Assembly (NCBI GenBank): GCA_949287925.1
Contig: CASEIR010000009.1
Span: forward strand, 3,511-67,510
DNA from: an uncultured Lachnospiraceae bacterium
GTDB lineage: Bacteria > Bacillota > Clostridia > Lachnospirales > Lachnospiraceae
Length of the DNA: 64,000 nucleotides
Direction of reading: 5' to 3'
Position numbers and translations under genes: made by a program. How positions within the stretch are numbered: position 1 is the first letter of the stretch; each line of letters starts with the position of its first letter. The notes beneath the pieces are model-generated. The model did not search any database. It was given only the letters and a program-made list of their open reading frames with translations, and had not been told where the DNA came from. Positions 59,328 to 64,000 of this stretch are shown here, in pieces.

Positions 59328-59534
59328 ATGCGTGATTTGTGGGAAGAGATCAAAGGTTTTTTTACGAGAGACTGGACGATGACAGAGAAGGTGCTGGTAA
59401 TCCTGTGCTGCATCCTGCTGGGCATGGTGAAAGGATTTATGTGGGCGCCGGTAAAGAGAGGCATCAGTGTGGGAAACCGGAGTGTGAACAACTACGGATA
59501 TGATGACGAATACTGGCTGGATGATGAAGATTAA
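59328..59534 (+). CDS. Small single-TM protein of unknown function
   Basis: AGGAGG RBS, one hydrophobic segment, acidic tail. Confidence 0.7.
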   Translation: MRDLWEEIKGFFTRDWTMTEKVLVILCCILLGMVKGFMWAPVKRGISVGNRSVNNYGYDDEYWLDDED

Positions 59535-59566
59535 TGAATCAGATATCAGAAAGCTGAAAAATATCT

Positions 59567-59600
59567 GGCATTTTGTCACGTTGACAAAATGCCTTTTTTT
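59567..59600 (+). terminator. Terminator overlapping the glnA -35 box
   Basis: GGCATTTTGTCA-CGT-TGACAAAATGCC-T7. Confidence 0.75.
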
Positions 59601-59609
59601 CTCTATAAT
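59581..59609 (+). promoter_or_regulatory. Consensus sigma-A promoter of glnA
   Basis: TTGACA-17nt-TATAAT. Confidence 0.85.
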
Positions 59610-59618
59610 TTGTCCTGT

Positions 59619-59663
59619 AAAACAAAGGCGTTTTCATCCATGGCATGAGAACGCCCATTTTTG
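59619..59663 (+). promoter_or_regulatory. ANTAR-target leader: hexaloop hairpin overlapping an attenuator
   Basis: AAAAC-AAAGGC-GTTTT overlaps GGCGTTTTCAT..ATGAGAACGCC-CATTTTT; an ANTAR gene is in the operon. Confidence 0.65.
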
Positions 59664-59724
59664 TATCCGGATATCTGTTCCCGCAAAAGACGGGAACCTG
59701 ATTCATAAAGGAGGTTGAAAGGGA

Positions 59725-61056
59725 ATGCGCAGCTATACACGAGAGGATATCCTTCGAATGGTGGAAGAGGAGGATGTGGGGTTCATCCGCCTGCAGTTCA
59801 CCGATATTTTCGGAACATTTAAGAATGTGGCCATTACCACCAGCCAGCTTGTCAGGGCGCTGGATAACCAGTGTATGTTTGATGGTTCATCTATCGAAGG
59901 GTTTGCCCGTATCGAAGATTCAGACATGTATCTGCGTCCGGATCTGAATACGTTCGAGATCTTTCCGTGGCGTCCCCAGCAGGGGAAAGTGGCCCGAATG
60001 ATCTGTGACGTCTATAAGACGGACGGGACCGTGCTGGAAAGTGATCCGCGGCATGTATTGAAGCGGGTGCTCAGACAGGCAGAGGAGATGGGATACCGGT
60101 TTGATGTGGGACCGGAATGTGAGTTCTTCTTATTCCACACCGATGACGATGGCCTGCCTACCACTCTGACTCATGAGCGGGCCACTTATTTTGACCTGGG
60201 ACCGCTGGACTTAGGGGAGAATGCCAGAAGGGATATGGTGCTGACACTGGAGGATATGGGGTTTATCATCGAATCTTCTCATCATGAGAAGGCAGCGGCC
60301 CAGCATGAGATCGATTTTCACTATGATGAAGCCCTGTCTACAGCGGATAATATCGTAACGCTGAAGATGGTAGTGAAGACAATTGCCAAACGGCACGGCC
60401 TTCATGCCACTTTTATGCCGAAACCCAAATACGGGGTAAATGGATCGGGTATGCATCTGAATCTGTCTCTTTCCAGAGACGGCGTTAATGTATTCCCGGA
60501 TCCGGAAGATCCGAAGGGCCTTAGCAGAGAAGCTTATTATTTTATCGGGGGGATCATGAAGCATATCAAGGCCATTACTTTTATCACGAATCCCACAGTT
60601 AATTCTTACAAGCGTCTGGTGCCGGGATATGAGGCTCCGGTCTATATCGCCTGGTCAGCTAAGAACCGGACGCCGCTGATCCGGATTCCGGCCAGCGATC
60701 CGGCCTCCACCCGGGTGGAGCTTCGAAGTCCGGACCCGTCGGCCAATCCGTATCTTGCACTGGCGGTGTGCCTGGCAGCAGGTCTGGACGGGATTCGCAG
60801 TCAGATTCTGCCGCCGGACAGTGTGGACGCCAACATATTTGAAATGAGTGAACAGGAACGGTCAGCGGCCGGTATTGAACGGCTGCCGGGGAGTCTTCTG
60901 GAGGCGGCAAGAGAATTTCAGGAGGATGCCTATATCAGAAGCGTTCTGGGAGAAGAGCTGGCGGAGAAATACATCCGGGCAAAGACCAGGGAATATGCGG
61001 AGTACCGCGCGCAGGTAACCGAGTGGGAGACGGAGCGGTATCTGCACGTGCTGTAA
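59725..61056 (+). CDS. glnA: Glutamine synthetase type I
   Basis: [50 protein letters not shown]. Confidence 0.97.
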   Translation: MRSYTREDILRMVEEEDVGFIRLQFTDIFGTFKNVAITTSQLVRALDNQCMFDGSSIEGFARIEDSDMYLRPDLNTFEIFPWRPQQGKVARMICDVYKTDGTVLESDPRHVLKRVLRQAEEMGYRFDVGPECEFFLFHTDDDGLPTTLTHERATYFDLGPLDLGENARRDMVLTLEDMGFIIESSHHEKAAAQHEIDFHYDEALSTADNIVTLKMVVKTIAKRHGLHATFMPKPKYGVNGSGMHLNLSLSRDGVNVFPDPEDPKGLSREAYYFIGGIMKHIKAITFITNPTVNSYKRLVPGYEAPVYIAWSAKNRTPLIRIPASDPASTRVELRSPDPSANPYLALAVCLAAGLDGIRSQILPPDSVDANIFEMSEQERSAAGIERLPGSLLEAAREFQEDAYIRSVLGEELAEKYIRAKTREYAEYRAQVTEWETERYLHVL

Positions 61057-61086
61057 GGAAGGAATCAGAAGACAGGAGGTGACAGT

Positions 61087-61644
61087 ATGATCGGAATCGT
61101 GGTTGCATTTCCCAATAGGGAGAATGCGGCAAATATCCGGAACCTGCTGATGCGGCAGGGATTTACTGTCACCGGTGTGTGTACCACGGGGGCTCAGGTT
61201 CTGACATTTCTGGAAGATATGGAATATGGGATCGTTATTTGCGGGTATAAGCTAAAGGATATGATCTACAGCGAGTTAAAGGAGTGTCTGCCGGAAAATG
61301 TGGAAATGCTGATGATCGCATCCCGGGAAAAGTGGAGCGACGGTCTGGCGGACGGTGTCGTTGGCCTGCCTATGCCCATCAAGGCTTATGATATGGTCGA
61401 GACACTGGAAATGATGTTGGATCATATTGGCAGGCAGAGAAAAAAACGGCGCCAGACGCCCAAAAAGCGAACTTTGAAGGAACAGGAAACTATCGATAAG
61501 GCTAAGGCGCTTCTGATGGAACACTATCAGATGTCGGAAGAAGAAGCACATCGTTATCTTCAGAAGCACAGTATGGAGAACGGTACGAATATGACAGAGA
61601 CGGCAGAGATGGTACAGCGCATCCTGCCGGAACAGGAGGTTTAA
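61087..61644 (+). CDS. ANTAR-domain antiterminator with degenerate receiver domain (NitR-like)
   Basis: IDKAKALLM....[18 protein letters not shown] motif; receiver lacks the phospho-acceptor Asp (IVICG). Confidence 0.88.
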   Translation: MIGIVVAFPNRENAANIRNLLMRQGFTVTGVCTTGAQVLTFLEDMEYGIVICGYKLKDMIYSELKECLPENVEMLMIASREKWSDGLADGVVGLPMPIKAYDMVETLEMMLDHIGRQRKKRRQTPKKRTLKEQETIDKAKALLMEHYQMSEEEAHRYLQKHSMENGTNMTETAEMVQRILPEQEV

Positions 61645-61645
61645 T

Positions 61646-62485
61646 ATGATGAAGTTTACAAAGATGCAGGGACTGGGGAATGACTATGTCTATGTAGACT
61701 GCACCCGGGAAATGATTGAAGATCCGGAAGGGACCGCAAGGTTCGTCAGCGACCGGCATTTCGGCATCGGTTCGGACGGATTGATTTTGATCTGTCCGTC
61801 TGAGACGGCGGATTTTGAGATGCGGATGTATAATGCGGACGGCTCCCGGGGGGAGATGTGCGGCAACGGCATCCGCTGTGTGGCAAAATATGTCTATGAT
61901 TATGGGCTGACAGATAAGACGTCTATTTCGGTGGAAACTCTGGGCGGGATTAAATACCTGGATCTGACCGTGGAAGACGGGAAGGCGGTGATGATCCGGG
62001 TGGATATGGGAACGCCGGGATTGTCTGCAAAGCAGATTCCCATTGTGTCAGACGAAGACCGGGTGATCGACGAGCCCATCCTGGTAGACGGGATGGAATA
62101 CCGGATGACGGGAGTATCCATGGGGAATCCCCATACGGTAGTCTACGTGGATGATGTACAGGGAATGGATCTGGAGAAGATCGGACCTTCTTTTGAACAT
62201 CACGAGCGGTTCCCGAAACGGATTAACACGGAATTTGCCCGTGTGCTGGACCGCAAGACGGTGGAAATGCGTGTGTGGGAGCGAGGGTCAGGCGAGACTC
62301 TGGCCTGCGGTACCGGAGCCTGTGCCGTGGCGGTGGCCAGCATTCTGAACGGTCTGACAGAGGATGCGGTTACGGTGAAGCTGCTGGGCGGAGACCTGGA
62401 GATCTGGTGGGATCGCCAGACAGATAAGGTGTACATGACCGGACCGGCGAAAGTGGTATTTGACGGAACCATCGAGCTTCCGTAA
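61646..62485 (+). CDS. dapF: Diaminopimelate epimerase
   Basis: [34 protein letters not shown]. Confidence 0.96.
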   Translation: MMKFTKMQGLGNDYVYVDCTREMIEDPEGTARFVSDRHFGIGSDGLILICPSETADFEMRMYNADGSRGEMCGNGIRCVAKYVYDYGLTDKTSISVETLGGIKYLDLTVEDGKAVMIRVDMGTPGLSAKQIPIVSDEDRVIDEPILVDGMEYRMTGVSMGNPHTVVYVDDVQGMDLEKIGPSFEHHERFPKRINTEFARVLDRKTVEMRVWERGSGETLACGTGACAVAVASILNGLTEDAVTVKLLGGDLEIWWDRQTDKVYMTGPAKVVFDGTIELP

Positions 62486-62509
62486 GACAATGGAAAAGGA
62501 GGAGACGCT

Positions 62510-63730
62510 ATGTTTAAAATAAATGAAGATTATCTCAAACTGCCGGGAAGCTATCTTTTTTCGACTATCGCAAAAAAGGTGGCTGCTTATCAGGAGGCCA
62601 ATCCGGAGAAACAGATCATTCGTCTGGGAATCGGAGATGTGACCCAGCCGCTGGCTCCGGTCATCATCGATTCCCTTCATCAGGCGGTGGATGAGATGGG
62701 CCATGCCGAGACGTTTCACGGCTATGCGCCGGATCTGGGGTATGAATTCTTAAGAAGCGCTATGGCGAAAAATGATTATCAGGACAGGGGCTGTGACATT
62801 CGTCCGGACGAGATCTTCATCTCCGACGGGGCGAAATGTGATTCGGGAAATATCCAGGAGATTTTTGCAAAAGAGAATAAGATTGCAGTCTGCGATCCGG
62901 TTTACCCAGTCTATGTGGACACTAATGTGATGGCGGGCCGTGCCGGTACGTATGATCCGGCGAAAGAGACCTGGAGTGATGTGATCTATATGCCATGTAC
63001 GAAAGAGACGGATTTTGCGCCGGAGCTTCCAAAAGAGACGCCGGATATCATTTATCTATGTTTTCCCAATAATCCTACAGGCTCTACGATTACGAAGACG
63101 CAGTTGCAGGAGTGGGTGGACTATGCGAATAAAGTGGGCGCTGTGATCATCTACGATGCGGCTTATGAAGCTTATATCTCAGAGGAAGACGTGCCGCATA
63201 CGATTTATGAGTGTGAAGGGGCAAGAACCTGTGCCATCGAACTGCGCAGTTTCTCCAAGAACGCCGGATTCACTGGAGTGCGTCTGGGCGCAACGGTGAT
63301 CCCTAAGGATCTGAAGTGCGGTGATGTGATGCTTCATTCTCTGTGGGCAAGACGCCACGGTACGAAATACAACGGCGCGCCTTATATCGTGCAGCGGGCT
63401 GGAGAAGCTGTTTATTCTGAGGCTGGAAAGAAACAGCTGAAGGAACAGGTGGCTTACTATATGAACAATGCGAAAATTATTTACGAAGGATTAAAGGGTG
63501 CCGGTTACCAGGTGTCCGGCGGCATCAATGCTCCTTATATCTGGCTGAAGACACCGGAGGGCATGACTTCCTGGGAATTCTTCGACTATTTGCTGGCCCG
63601 GGCAGGCGTGGTGGGCACGCCGGGATCCGGATTCGGCCCCAGCGGAGAAGGTTATTTCCGATTGACTGCCTTTGGCACTTATGAAAATACGGTGGCTGCC
63701 ATCCGGCGAATCCAGAAGATCGGATTATAA
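62510..63730 (+). CDS. dapL: LL-diaminopimelate aminotransferase
   Basis: YLF, LGIGDVT.P, SDGAKCD, PNNPTG, DAAY, SFSKNAGFTG.R. Confidence 0.96.
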   Translation: MFKINEDYLKLPGSYLFSTIAKKVAAYQEANPEKQIIRLGIGDVTQPLAPVIIDSLHQAVDEMGHAETFHGYAPDLGYEFLRSAMAKNDYQDRGCDIRPDEIFISDGAKCDSGNIQEIFAKENKIAVCDPVYPVYVDTNVMAGRAGTYDPAKETWSDVIYMPCTKETDFAPELPKETPDIIYLCFPNNPTGSTITKTQLQEWVDYANKVGAVIIYDAAYEAYISEEDVPHTIYECEGARTCAIELRSFSKNAGFTGVRLGATVIPKDLKCGDVMLHSLWARRHGTKYNGAPYIVQRAGEAVYSEAGKKQLKEQVAYYMNNAKIIYEGLKGAGYQVSGGINAPYIWLKTPEGMTSWEFFDYLLARAGVVGTPGSGFGPSGEGYFRLTAFGTYENTVAAIRRIQKIGL

Positions 63731-63750
63731 ACGGATTTTTTCACTGAAAA

Positions 63751-63999
63751 TCAGCATGTGCTGCACAGCAATTGAAGTTCTGTCTTACGCTCTTGTTCGG
63801 TTTCTGTCTGGTGGATGTCGGCCAGCAGAAGCTCAAGAACGGGACCTGCAGGAGTCAATTTATGTTCCCTTGCATATTGGAGAAGGGCGGGGATGAAGTC
63901 GGCGTTTCGGGCACAGTCGCCTTCATAGCTGACGGAGAGATAGAGGCCGCCGGGGATAGTCTCGTCGCCGTCCTTGTCAATAAGAAAGACCTGGGAATA
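63751..63999 (-). CDS. C-terminal GyrI-like effector domain, probably of a MerR-family regulator (partial)
   Basis: Manual translation ...IPGGLYLSVSYEG...LLQYAREHKL...GPVLE...TELQL*; start lies outside the window. Confidence 0.65.
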   Translation of the reverse strand, partial: YSQVFLIDKDGDETIPGGLYLSVSYEGDCARNADFIPALLQYAREHKLTPAGPVLELLLADIHQTETEQERKTELQLLCSTC

Positions 64000-64000
64000 G

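Noticed and set aside
59574-59586. GlnR/TnrA box upstream of glnA (TGTCA-N3-TGACA)
   Set aside because: Spacing is 3 rather than 7, and it is explained by the terminator stem plus the -35 box.

Overview
64 kb of chromosome from an anaerobic Firmicute, most likely Lachnospiraceae (inferred from gene content). No rRNA, tRNA, CRISPR array, transposase or phage gene was recognised. Left to right: (1) a ~20 kb allantoin/ureide island: allH, allB, NCS1 permease, an embedded alpha/beta hydrolase, allE, allD, fused allF-allG, carbamate kinase, a lactate-permease-family transporter, allC and a PucR regulator, then a second module of M20 amidohydrolase + DAO-family flavoprotein + EtfBA; (2) housekeeping genes and an amino-acid ABC importer whose binding protein looks circularly permuted; (3) a stand-alone gene matching only the N-terminal ~140 aa of D-proline reductase PrdA; (4) a cobalamin riboswitch whose kissing-loop hairpin overlaps its terminator, which predicts an ON switch, ahead of an orphan corrinoid methyltransferase system (corrinoid protein, RACE activator, four UroD/MtaA-fold paralogs, no recognisable MT1 or THF-dependent MT2); (5) a deletion-damaged sugar operon, an SfsA-MutY fusion, a ~280 bp modular palindromic element and a collapsed ABC-exporter remnant; (6) core genes ending with glnA-ANTAR-dapF-dapL. 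All family assignments come from motif recognition by eye, with no database searches. The best candidates for undescribed biology are the predicted B12-activated methyltransferase system, the mini-PrdA, SfsA-MutY, the amidohydrolase-DAO-ETF module and the permuted binding protein.
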